Of a stretch of DNA of 64,000 nucleotides, positions 1 through 11,085 are shown one piece after another. How positions within the stretch are numbered: the stretch's first letter is position 1; every line of letters begins with the position of its first letter. The translations under genes were made by a program, and so were the position numbers. The stretch comes from Phaeosaccion multiseriatum. Its lineage: Eukaryota > Protista > Ochrophyta, other classes. Location: contig OZ218962.1 in assembly GCA_965112735.1 (NCBI GenBank), positions 806,001 to 870,000 on the forward strand, given 5' to 3'. The notes beneath the pieces were generated by a model that searched no databases, was not told the origin of the DNA, and saw only the letters and a list, made by a program, of their open reading frames with translations.

Positions 1-217
1 GGAGGAGTCACATAGGGCAGGGAGAGAGAGTCCGGCGGAGGGAAAGCAAGGGGCGAGGATGTAGGGCGAGATCTCAGCGAAATCTCAGCCAAGTGAGCAC
101 AAAGAGAGGGTGGACAACTCAACGGACCGCGTCCTTGCGCCCCCCCCTGTGCGTGCAAGAGACAGGGTGCGTGATGGTGAGCAGTGTCCAGCCTTCGTGC
201 GCCATTCACTCACTCAC

Positions 218-1194
218 CGCAACCAGTCGAGGCAAAACATATCTCGTCTCCTGAGCAGTCGCAATCTTCGCAAGCTGGAGTGGAGAAGGGACGAGAAGGG
301 CGGGAGAGTGAGGCCAGCAACCAGGCCAGTGACATGGCAAAACAGGTGGAGGGGCTGAGACCCTCCATGCAGCAGTAAGAGTGACTGCCATCACGACAGC
401 AACACCAGTCCCGCGCTTGGCAAGTGTCTTGACTCTACAAGCTCCTGCCTGACCGAAGCAGCCCGCCAGCACCTCTGGAACTTACTTGATGAACTGGATG
501 CACCGGTTGCGGTGCTGAAGGTGCCCATTGGGCACGAAGAGCAGGCTGGAGTGGACGCGCCGGACGAGTGGGAGGGAGGGCGGAGGGCGAGGCCAGTGCC
601 AGCCGGTTGTGGTGAGACAGGGACAGGCAGGAATTAGCTAACGGCTTCACTTCTACTACAATAGTGAGAGTGGTACGTCGCCGTCTGCTTGCAACTCGCG
701 CCAATCAGAGCTTCTATATGCGCTCTCAGCCTTCCTGGCTGGCCGAGGCCAGCCATCGTAACTAGATGAAGGACAAGCAACCAATCACGTTTGCAGCCAG
801 CACGTTTGGGGCTCACCTAAGTTGTAGCTTGCTCCGTACGGTCTGTATGTGCCCGCTGGGCAGCTTGTGCAGGCTGGAGTGGAGCGACGGGACGAGCGAG
901 AGCGGGGGTGAGGCCAGCAGGTTACTTCCTTGTGGTGAGACAGGCAGGGCCTCCACTAAGAGTGTGATCTAGCTACATGCAACTCGCCTCGCACCATGAT
1001 AGGTATGGTAAAACACGACCAGCCAGCCCCCCGCCTGTCGTCACTCCACAGTACTCACATGGTGGTTTACCCCAAGTATTAGAATATGTACCGGCTGGGC
1101 AGTCCCACAACCGAATCTTGTGTGCTGTAGCGGGGTACAACAGCAGCACAAGGACCCAGCAGTTAACAACGGCGACCTGCAGGAGGGCCGTCAT
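218..1194 (-). CDS. Secreted Cys-rich repeat protein (GCC2/GCC3, ephrin-receptor-like CPAGTY repeats); 5' part only, continues off the left edge
   Basis: ATG at 1194 starts a signal peptide (MTALLQVAVVNCWVLVLLLYPATA). Exons are 1194-1059 (..DCPAGTYSNTWGKPP), 873-817 (CTSCPAGTYRPYGASYNL), 545-486 (CSSCPMGTFSTATGASSSS) and 274-218 (CEDCDCSGDEICFASTGC). All introns are phase 1, with CTCCAG acceptors and GTRAG donors. Confidence 0.75.
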
Positions 1195-2732
1195 GGTGAG
1201 CCTGCGGCCACGGATGACCCCCTGCCCACCACTCCACCGAGGCTGTCCCTTGGTGAGCATGGCTGATGGTAGCGATGGCTGATTGCTCAATTCCTGGGAG
1301 ACTCCGATCTGACACGCTCTCCACAGCCAGACGCCCGCTGCGACCAAAGGAAGCAGGAAAGAGGCAGGCACAAGACAAGTTATTACTGGGGGTATGAGGG
1401 GCATTGTTGTGCCCAGGCCAAGCAAGGGAGAACTCAAATCCCCTCCCTTCCCCGCCCCTGGCTGGCTAGCTACTACTGCCTGCGCACGCTCTTCTTGGAC
1501 AAGTGCCAAGCCTACTACGGGGCAAAAGAAGGGTAGAGGTTTGCTCCCCTCTTGCTTTTCGCCTCATCACTCCTACCCCCTCGCTCAGGCTCTCAAACTG
1601 TCTCACTGTCCTCGCCTTGCGTCTGCTGCTGCTGATGGAGCAGCCAAGTCAACAACTTTCTTGAAAAGGCAGTCCTCCCAGCTCCTGCTCTAGTACCGTC
1701 CGCAAGTGAAGAATCGCTGCCTGCGCCGCGTCTGCACAAATGGGAGGCAAACAAGGACGGCCCACCCAATCAGCGAGGAGGCACAGCCAGAGGAGGGGAG
1801 CAGAGCAGGAGGCAGTCAAGGAGAGAGAGAGGCAGCAGGGTTGGTGGTGTGTCCCGGCTGGCTGCGCCTGGTTGGTTGTGGGCTGAGCACTTCCCAAATC
1901 AAAAACTGTGCTGATTCTTCCCCTCATCTCCTCCCTTCGCTATCCTCGATCGTGTGTAGCATATATGGGTACTGCTGCTGCGGCTTCACGAAAATCTTCC
2001 CCGCGCCCTGCGCCTGGCTGTGCGATAGTAGTTCTTCCCCTACTAGAAGAAGAAGCAAGAAGAAGGTGTCGCGCTCGCCCAACTGCCTTTCGAAGCTCGT
2101 GGTATCCTGTCTCCCACCAGGATGTGCTGCCTCCTGCTGCTGCTCTCCGGGTTGCTTAGCTAAAACCTTGATCCCATCATTCCCTCCAACCCTTTGCTGC
2201 AGTCCAGTTCGCTGCACCACGGGGATTGATGCACCAGTGAGCGAGGCCGCCGCTGTGTCCACTCCCGGTGCTCACCTTTGTCCTTGTAATTAATCTCTCT
2301 TCTGTGGTGTCTCTGCTTTGTAGGATGAAAAGAAAAGCGAAAAAAAAAAAATATTCAGCGTGAAAACAATTCAAAGGGAACATTCAGCTCAAAAACTTGT
2401 TGGAGAATTCGGAATTTGACCATGCACTATCGGCGGCCGATAGTACATAATGGATGTGGGCGATAGTGCGTCAGGGGTCGAGAACATAGTCGACCGCTCA
2501 CCTTGTCTGCCTTGCTTAGCTGCTATAGAATGTTGGCAGCCCTCTGCTCACCTTTCGGCTCCAGACTAGCCTACAAGCCTATGCTCTAGAGGCCCTAGCT
2601 AGGCCGAGCGGTAGGTGAGGTTCCAGACTGGCCTAGAAGCCTAGGCCTAGAGACGAAATTCGGCCGGCCTAGGGGGACCGCAGGCCTCCGGCCTAGGCCT
2701 ATTTTTGGCGCAGCCCCCCCGGCCTAGGCCTA

Positions 2733-2923
2733 TCGACCCTGGACAAGATTGCGGTGTGCGCCGGCCGTAATCAGTAATCAGCCCCCAGCTGGCGCATACT
2801 CAGTACTCAGGCCGGCTGGTCACCGGCTGTCAGCAACCAGGGCGGCTAGCGCCGGTCATAATCAGTAATCAGGCCGGCTGCGCCGGCCGTAATCAGTAAT
2901 CAGATAATCTTGTCCAGGGTCGA
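2733..2923. mobile_element. MITE-family unit (TIR TCGACCCTGGACAAGATT) inside the left arm of the composite element
   Basis: Same TIR and same TGATTACTGATT/GCCGGC sub-repeats as the 22671-22913 element, in opposite orientation. It has no TSD of its own. Confidence 0.75.
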
Positions 2924-3410
2924 CTCCCTCCCTCCCGCTTTCTATCCCTCCCTCCCTCCCTCCCTCCCTCCCTCCCTCCCTCCCTCCCTCCCTCCCTCCC
3001 TCCCTCCCTCCCTCCCTCCCTCCCTCCCTCCCTCCCTCCCTCCCTCCCTCCCTCCCTCCCCTCCCTCCCTCCCTCCCTCCCTCCCTCCCTCCCTCCCTCC
3101 CTCCCTCCCTCCCTCCCTCCCTCCCTCCCTCCCTCCCTCCCTCCCTCCCTCCCTCCCTCCCTCCCTCCCTCCCTCCCTCCCTCCCTCCCTCCCTCCCTCC
3201 CTCCCTCCCTCCCTCCCTCCCTCCCTCCCTCCCTCCCTCCCTCCCTCCCTCCCTCCCTCCCTCCCTCCCTCCCTCCCTCCCTCCCTCCCTCCCTCCCTCC
3301 CTCCCTCCCTCCCTCCCTCCCTCCCTCCCTCCCTCCCTCCCTCCCTCCCTCCGCCCCTCCCTTTCTCCCTCTTTCTATCCCTCCATCCCTCCCTCCCTCC
3401 CTCCATCCCG
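2924..3410 (+). repeat. (CCCT)n tetranucleotide microsatellite
   Basis: Directly visible; source of the spurious PPSL/EGGR ORFs. Confidence 0.95.
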
Positions 3411-3761
3411 CTATTCCTCCCTGTGGAAAGTCGATTCGTAAGTCAATGGCCCAGGCTCAGGCAGATACGGTGAGAACGAGTGGCGTGGCTCTCACTATCC
3501 TATGTGCGTAGGTGGTCGTTTAGGACTAGCATGCGATCAGTTAACAGAGGCAAGGCTGGCTGCTAGGCTGGCTTTGGGGTTGCTGTTACCTTGTCCGTGT
3601 GTCTAGTTCTACCCTATCTGTAGGCGACAGCGAATGTCGTTTTACACTATTTGTAGACGACAGCGCTTGTCGTTTTGCATCCCTCCCTACCTCCTTCTAT
3701 CCCTCTACCCCTCTGTCCGTCCCTTCCTCCCTCCCTCCCTCCCTCCGACCCTCCCTCTACA

Positions 3762-4408
3762 CCTCCCTCCCTCCCTCCCTCCCTCCCTCCCTCCCTCCCT
3801 CCCTCCCTCCCTCCCTCCCTCCCTCCCTCCCTCCCTCCCTCCCTCCCTCCCTCCCTCCCTCCCTCCCTCCCTCCCTCCCTCCCTCCCTCCCTCCCTCCCT
3901 CCCTCCCTCCCTCCCTCCCTCCCTCCCTCCCTCCCTCCCTCCCTCCCTCCCTCCCTCCCTCCCTCCCTCCCTCCCTCCCTCCCTCCCTCCCTCCCTCCCT
4001 CCCTCCCTCCCTCCCTCCCTCCCTCCCTCCCTCCCTCCCTCCCTCCCTCCCTCCCTCCCTCCCTCCCTCCCTCCCTCCCTCCCTCCCTCCCTCCCTCCCT
4101 CCCTCCCTCCCTCCCTCCCTCCCTCCCTCCCTCCCTCCCTCCCTCCCTCCCTCCCTCCCTCCCTCCCTCCCTCCCTCCCTCCCTCCCTCCCTCCCTCCCT
4201 CCCTCCCTCCCTCCCTCCCTCCCTCCCTCCCTCCCTCCCTCCCTCCCTCCCTCCCTCCCTCCCTCCCTCCCTCCCTCCCTCCCTCCCTCCCTCCCTCCCT
4301 CCCTCCCTCCCTCCCTCCCTCCCTCCCTCCCTCCCTCCCTCCCTCCCTCCCTCCCTCCTTCCCTCCCTCCCTCCCTCCCTCCCTCCCTTCCTCCCTCCCT
4401 CCCTCCCT
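3762..4408 (+). repeat. (CCCT)n tetranucleotide microsatellite, about 650 bp
   Basis: Directly visible. Confidence 0.95.
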
Positions 4409-4636
4409 TTGACCCTGGTGGAGGTCTAGGCCTAGAACCGCCGGCCTAGGGAGAAAGAATGGCCGGCCTTTAGCGGCCTAGGGAGAAAGAATGGCCGGCC
4501 TATAGCGGCCAACGGCCGCCGGCCTAGGCCTAGAGCATAGGCTTCTAGGCCAGTCTGGAGCCGACTAGGCCTAGGCCGGCGATCGTTGGCCGCTCTAGGC
4601 CGGCCATTTTTTCTCCGGCGGTTCTAGGCCTAGGCC

Positions 4637-4806
4637 TCGACCTATCTGATTACTGATATGGCGCCAGCCCGAGGAAATGGCCGGCGCCAGCCGGCCTGGT
4701 TGCTGATTACAGCCGGTGACCAGCCGGCCTGATTACTGATTGTGCGCCAGCCGGGGGCTGATTACTGATTACGGCCGGCGCACACCGTAATCTTGTCCGG
4801 GGTCGA
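4637..4806. mobile_element. MITE-family unit with a partly deleted left TIR
   Basis: Reads TCGACC[deletion]TATCTGATTACTGA ... TAATCTTGTCCGGGGTCGA. The internal sequence aligns with about 22760-22913. Confidence 0.7.
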
Positions 4807-4876
4807 AGGGAGGGAGGGAGGGAGGGAGGGAGGGAGGGAGGGAGGGAGGGAGGGAGGGAGGGAGGGAGGGAGGGAG

Positions 4877-4943
4877 TCGACCCTGGACAAGATTATCTGA
4901 TTACTGATTACGGCCGGCGCACCGGAATCTTGTCCAGGGTCGA
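4877..4943. mobile_element. Minimal 67-bp MITE-family unit in the right arm
   Basis: TCGACCCTGGACAAGATT ... AATCTTGTCCAGGGTCGA with a single internal sub-repeat, preceded by (AGGG)n at 4807-4876. Confidence 0.7.
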
Positions 4944-5684
4944 TAGGCCTAGGCCGGGGGGGCTGCACCAAAAAGAGGCCTAGGCCGGGGGCCTGCGGCC
5001 CCTCTAGGCCGGCCGAATTTCGTCTCTAGGCCTAGGCTCCTAGGCCAATCTGGAGCCGACACCTTGTCTGCCTTGCTTAGCGGCTATAGAATGTTGGCAG
5101 CCCTCTCTCGCTGCCTCCGCTTTACGTTCTTGCCCAGCCTTCGCCTCCCCACGAGACTCAGTGCTGTGGCGAGTCTGTTGCGATACCTTCTCTACAGGAA
5201 GTGGTGACAAGCTTATGTGGTGTCTACCCTTGTATTGATAATACTACGTACGCTACGTGAGAGAGGCGTTGGTGGAAGTAAAGGGCGTGGCCCTAGCTAC
5301 GGCCTTGTTCGATATTTTACCTCGACATAGTGCTGGACTGCGAATGTCGATATCTATCTTAACAGAGTCCAGCCAGGCCGCCCGCTTTGCTTGAACCTCT
5401 CCTCCAGCAGCTCTCGGAGCGAGCTCTCTCTGCCTCCACCTTGTCGGGCTCCGCCCCTGAGAGGGAGCTGTGACTCGCTGCCTTCTTACGGGCCAAGCGG
5501 ATGCGCTTCACGTTGATCTCTGTGTGTTGGGGGGGGTGTATGGCTGGCTGCCAGCTTGTCAGCGACGAGCGAAGAAGGCACACAGAGACGAGCCCTCCGG
5601 CAAAGGTGCGGGCAAGGAGCCTGTACTGAAGTGGCGAATAATGGCAGCCGCGTAGTAAAGATCGCAATACATAGCATCGCGTAG

Positions 5685-8177
5685 TTATGTAATGGGAGTC
5701 CCCGCCAAGCCTGCCTCGATGGTGAGCTTCCAGCTGCTGCTGCTGCTGCTACCTCCCCCGCCCTGGTGCCCCTCCGCCGCTGCCTGCCCCTGCTGCTCTA
5801 TCCGTGGATCGCTGTCAATAGTACTGGTGTCAGGACCATCGCTGTCACCCATACCATGCCCCACCGTCCCCTCGCCATGCTGCTCGCCTGCGCTCCCTCC
5901 TCCTCCTCCTCCTCCTCCTCCTCCCCCCTCCTTATCCTCCTTGTACACCATACCCATAGCATAGATCCCTCCCGTAATGGTCGACGCAATGAGGCGGAGA
6001 GAAGCCCCACCACCACCACCGCCACCACCACCACTATCATCATTCCTAATACTACTACATGCACTGCTGGTCCCGACCAGGACGTCTAGGCCTGTGTACA
6101 TGCCGCCACTGGGTTCTGAGTGACCGGCGACAAGCTGGCCGGAGTCTCTGTGCCACACCTTGACGGTTTGGTCCTTCGAAGCAGTCGCCAGGAGGGGCTC
6201 CCCACCACCCGTCGCAGACGAGGGAAGGAAGCGACAGGCTGTTGCATCCTGATTAAGCGTGTCCACGAGGTTGGGGGGAGGACACGCAAGAGAAAGCAAA
6301 GAGGGGAGTAAGAGAAGGAGTGGCAGGGGGGGGGAGCGTGCGTGTTGGTGACTCGAGCTAGGTGGATGCACTTTCACTTGTGCTCCTCGCTTGTGGAGTA
6401 GGTTGCCTGCTTCATTCAATCTCCCCCCCCCCGCGCACGCCTAGCTACGTGGGTAATGCTCGCAGACCGATGCCTGCCACCACCAGAGAACAACACACCG
6501 GTACCACAGCTAAAGGAAAGAAGAAGGACCAGAACCGGGGTAGTGTAGCGAAGCACTCCTCTGGGGTTCCAGCGCAAGCACCTTTGCGTGCCTACAACGA
6601 ACGATCAAGCAGATCACAGCATGGCAGTACACAAACGAACGAAACGCAAACTGCTGACGGCAAGAGGACGACAAAAAGCAGGGGATACACCAATCAATCA
6701 TACCTGCTGGTGTCCCTTGTAGGTCTGCACCAGCCCAACCCCCCCCCCCTCCTCCTCCTCCGCCCTCCTTCCTGCGATCCCAAAGCCGCCCCTCACAGCC
6801 CACTCCGTTGAAGCCCTTGCTCGATGTCAAAATGAAACGGCCGCAGGGGCTGACGTCACAGGCGAGGGGGAAGTACGTATAACCGCTGAAGGTCTGGGCG
6901 GCTTTTAGCCGCCCGTTGGAGCCTGCCCCAGCACCAGTCGAGAAAGTAGTCCAGCAAAGCAAGAAAGAGGGTTTGAAAAAGTCAGGCTACACAGCCTTCC
7001 TGATTGGGTTGATAATCACTTGCTTACGCACGCACTTCCTCCAGCCCTCCCCCATCACTCACTCATTCAATCACTCCCTCCTTCCCTCCCTCACTCCCTC
7101 CCTCCCTCCCTCCTTCCCTCCTCCCTCCCTCCCTCCCTCCCTCCCTCCCTCCCTCCCTCCCTCCCTCCCTCCCTCCCTCCCTCCCTCCCTCCCTCCTTCC
7201 CTCCCTCATCCACTCACCCGGCATCCTGGTGTCCCATACCCGCAGACTCAAGTCCTCCCCTCCCTGCACGAGCAAGGCTCCTCCCCCATCTGCCCCCTCC
7301 CCCTCCTCCTCCGGCACGAACTTCATGCAAGTTACCAGGTTGCGAGGCACTTTGACCATGCCCATCTGCTGCCCGGTGCTCGCATCCCACAACCGCACGC
7401 TCGTGTCTCTGCTGCCTGAGGCCAGGAGCCGCCCCGAGCTGTTGACAGCCACGGCAGATACGGTCATATCATGTCCTTGGAAGACGTGCGGACAACCGCC
7501 GCCGCTATTGCCCTCGGTGCTGCTGCTGCTGCTGGTGCTGCTGCGAGCACTACCACCACCACCACCACCACCACCACCCGACGTTTCTCCTGCTCCTGGT
7601 GCTCCTGCTCCTTCTCCTCCTCCGGTGTCTATTGGCTCTTGTCCTGACAAGTGCTCCGGGGCCACTCTCCAGGCCCTGCAGGTGGTGTCTCTAGAGCAGC
7701 TGAACAGCACACCTGTGCGGGGAGAGTACACCACGCGATTGACAGGCCTCGTGTGGCCCCTCCACACCTGCGTCACTTTCCGAGAGGAGAGACTGTAGAG
7801 GGCGACAGTGGTATCGTCGCCGCAAGTGGCAAAGTGCGCGTCTGATACGCTGCGTGAATGGCAAGCGATGGGAGGAGTGGAAGAGAGGAGGGGGGGGATG
7901 GGGGGGTGTTGGGGGTGAGAGAGGATGGAAAGCAGGCAAAACACAGAGAAACATCAGACACGAATTGCACCTACCTAGCTACTCCGAGGATGGGCCCGTC
8001 GTGGTGCTCCTCAAGATCCGTATCTGCAAAAGCTCCCTCCCTCCCTTGCTCTTCCCCTCTGGCGTACCGCTTGCCAACCTCTTTTGTGCCGTCAGAAGAG
8101 CCGCCTACACCGCCTCCTCCCCATCCTGTACGCCCACCCTCGTTTGCTTTCTTGGGGCTACTGCACGAGTTCCCCAT
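5685..8177 (-). CDS. WDR31: WD40-repeat protein, WDR31-like, with an N-terminal MGNSCS acylation motif
   Basis: Exons 8177-7975, 7849-7218, 6922-6704 and 6248-5685 have consistent phases. Motifs include GHTRPVNRV, SCSRDTT, GHDMTVSAVAV, SGSRDTSVRLWD, PRNLVTC, EDLSLRVWDTR, SSKGFNGVGCEGRLWDRR and ATASKDQTVKVW. The model needs a 1-nt correction in the C11 run at 6739-6749. Confidence 0.75.
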
Positions 8178-8484
8178 GGCATGGGGGAGGGGAGAGAGGT
8201 GGGAAGGAGAAGGAGGGTTCAGAGAGGGGCTGATGCCGTTACTTTTAGGTTTTCAGTTCAGGGCCCTCCCTCAGGGTCGAGGCCTCAGCGCCTCTCCTAT
8301 ACACGCCAACCGCACCAGCGCGATAGGCAGCAACGCAATTTAAAGAAGGCTCCGCAGAGCGACAAGCAAGAGCGGGAAGAGAAGCGGTGGCGAAGAGTGA
8401 ATTTTCCTGTGCGAAACGTAACGTCTAAAAAGCAGGCAGGCTTGGCTTGAGATGAGAGAGTGCAGTGAGAGAGAATGAGAGACC

Positions 8485-10471
8485 ATGGCGTTGTCTTTGG
8501 CATCCGACCACGGCGACGATGAGCTGGGCCAAATTCTCATGGCCTTTGAGAATCAGCAACACCATGCACCACGGCCGGAGTTCTCGTCGGCCGAGTTTGA
8601 CTTTCCCTGCAACACGGAGCTTGGAGACGGAGTCTTTGACTTGGGCTTGGAGGATCCCGAGGAAGGAAAGGAGGGCCAGGTATGCTCCGTGGTGGAGGAT
8701 GTCTCGCTCTTGTTTCAGAGTCTTGTTGGGAAGCCAGAGAGCGAGAGTGGTCCGCTCTTCCAGAGTCCTGGGAAGAAGCCGGAGAGAGAGAGTGGCCCGC
8801 TCTTTCACGAGAGACTCACGCCCGACGTGGATCATACTGCCTCAGGAGCTGCATTAGACCATGCCTTCTCTTCCAGCAGCCACCACCACAGTAACAACAA
8901 CAGTGGCAACAAAAGCGGTGTTGGGGAAACCAGCCCACCTCCTGGTGGTCCTCGCCCTCGAGGAGGACTACGCGACAGCCCGGGACCTCTCCGCAGGCGA
9001 GTGTCGGTGTCAGACTGTAGGGAGCAGCCCGACGTCCCCCCTCATCACCCGAGGGAAGACTCTTCCCCCGAGCGGCAAGTCCCGTCCACGCCTCCTTCGT
9101 CAGCCCCTGCCCGTGCTGCCTGTGTCCCTCACCTACTAGAAGAGTGTGACCCTCTGTCCATCAGCAGTGGGACTGGCCTTGGCATCGGGAGTGGGGTCCA
9201 AAACAATTCTGCGATGACTCACGCTTTTGCCCCCAGTAGAAGCGCATCAGCAGCCTGGGGTACGCATGGGGCTGAAAAGGACACGCCAGCTCCAGGAGGA
9301 GGAGGGCCAGCGACAGACGTGCGGCCTCACACCAGTGGCGAGAATGACAAGAGGAAGGGAGGACCAGGGCCAGCTGTTGCTACAGCGGCTTCCCAGCAGT
9401 CATGGCTGTGCCATAGAAGCGGCAGTGAGACTACCTTTTCAGGGACTGACAGCAATAGCAGAGGGGGGGCGGGGGGGCGCAACAGAGCCTCTCCAGGGGT
9501 GGGGGTTGGTGGCGGTGGCGGTGGCAAAGGCGACAACGCGTCTCCTACTGCTGCTTATGCGACTGCGACTGCGGCGGCAGTTCCGTCTTTGCCGACTCGA
9601 CGGGGTTGGAGCAGACGTAGCAGTAGCAGCAGCAGCGCCCTCGTGAGGCTGGAAGGCCACTGGGCCGGCAGCCTGAGCGGCAGCAGGAACGAAAACGTTA
9701 GGAGCAGTAACGGCAGCAGTAGCGGTAGTTGTCGCGGCAAGAGAAGGGCAACACTGGCGCTTTCTGTACCCCGGGGGGGCGGCAATGGCGGCAGAGCGGC
9801 TGGCAGCAGTGGCGGCGGCAGCGTTGCGAGCAACAACAACAGTAACAGCAACGACTACAACAACGACAATGACAGAGACAACAACACCAACAACAACAAC
9901 AAAGACAACAACAACAGCAACAACAACAACAACAACAGCAATAGAAACAACAGCAGCAACGACGACGACGACAACAACAACAATAGTAACAACAACAATA
10001 GAAATAGCATCCTCGTCAGCAGAGGCGGAAAGGGGAGGGGGGCGCCAGCAGCAACGTCCGTACTAGCAGCGCGGAGAGCATCCGCTGGGCAGCCACTAAG
10101 ACCAGCGGCGGCAGGATCGGGACCGTTGCTACAGCCACCATCACTCGCGACAGCAGCAGTAGCACCCTTGAAGGCTCCTGGCATCGGCGTGGCCACTTTT
10201 CAGGCGGTGAAACCGTACGACCGCAGTTGGAGGTGTCAGGACTACGCCCTTGCCCTCGCCCCCTTCGACGCGTGTACGCAGCAGGTGTTGGTCGCTGTAG
10301 CGGATGGTCACGGGCCCAATGGAGACTTTGTGTCCAAAGGTGAGTAGTACGTGCGTACGTGCGTGCGTGCATGTGTGCGTGTGTGCGTGTATGCGTGCGT
10401 TTGTGCGTGCGTGACAGTGTACGTGATGGGGGAAGAGAGGGATGACCGTGGATGGTGTCACATTCTCCCCC

Positions 10472-10508
<37 letters not shown>

Positions 10509-11048
10509 AAGGTGTGCATCCACCTCTGCCACGTTCCGCAAATGAACCAACACCTCCGTTTCCCTTCCTCCCCTTCCCCCCCCCGCTCGGAAGCCGTGCT
10601 GGAGAGCCTTCCCAGCAAACTATCCAAGGCAGCCCGGTCCGGTGTAGAGCCCGCCCAGGCCTTCCGTAGGGCGTGCGGCATCCTCCAACGAGAGCTGTGC
10701 AGCGGAACGTGCCTCATCAGTTCCACCCCAAGCACAAGCAAAACCAGCGGACATGGGAACGGTTACGGTTACGGTTACGGTCAGGGGGGTTATGGTCAGG
10801 GTCACGCCGGTACTCACAGCAGCGGGATGGTGGGCTCAGCGGCTGCTGGTGCGCCCAAGAGCTTTGCTTCCGCCCAAAGCAGAGACATTAGTCACAGTGG
10901 CTGTACGCTGTGTGCGGTGATGCTGCAGGGGAAGAGAGCCACCCTTGCCAACGTTGGGGACTCTCGCTGCTGCCTGCTGAGCTGGGGGGGGAGGAAGGGG
11001 GCTCCACGCACAGGAATAGGAGCAGTTGGTGATACAACAGATGGTGAC

Positions 11049-11085
<37 letters not shown>

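Larger units (their letters stand above)
2555..5059. mobile_element. Non-autonomous composite foldback/TIR DNA transposon (2505 bp) with 6-bp TSD CACCTT
   Basis: The left end TCGGCTCCAGACTAGCCTA (2555) is an imperfect inverted repeat of the right end ...TAGGCCAATCTGGAGCCGA (5059). CACCTT flanks both ends (2549-2554 and 5060-5065). Long inverted arms lie at about 2622-2781 and 4898-5055. No transposase ORF is present. Confidence 0.8.

Noticed and set aside
1649-2293. ORFs 1706-2293 (+) and 1924-2262 (-) as genes
   Set aside because: No ATG or splice model and no recognisable motif. Possibly UTR or degraded sequence.
2422-2448. Strong palindrome ACTATCGGC-G-GCCGATAGT as a Helitron 3' hairpin or terminator
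   Set aside because: No CTRR terminus at the expected distance on either strand and no second copy in the window.
2910-4449. Long ORFs reading PPSL or EGGR, and similar ones at 44172-44690, 50278-50928, 55673-56089, 57276-57803 and 61438-62701
   Set aside because: They are translations of stop-free microsatellites lying in introns or in a transposon, not genes.
2499-5106. 47-bp direct repeats as a giant target-site duplication or LTR pair
   Set aside because: Better explained as a 6-bp TSD (CACCTT) inside a 50-bp tandem duplication. There are no TG..CA ends, PBS, PPT or retroelement ORFs.
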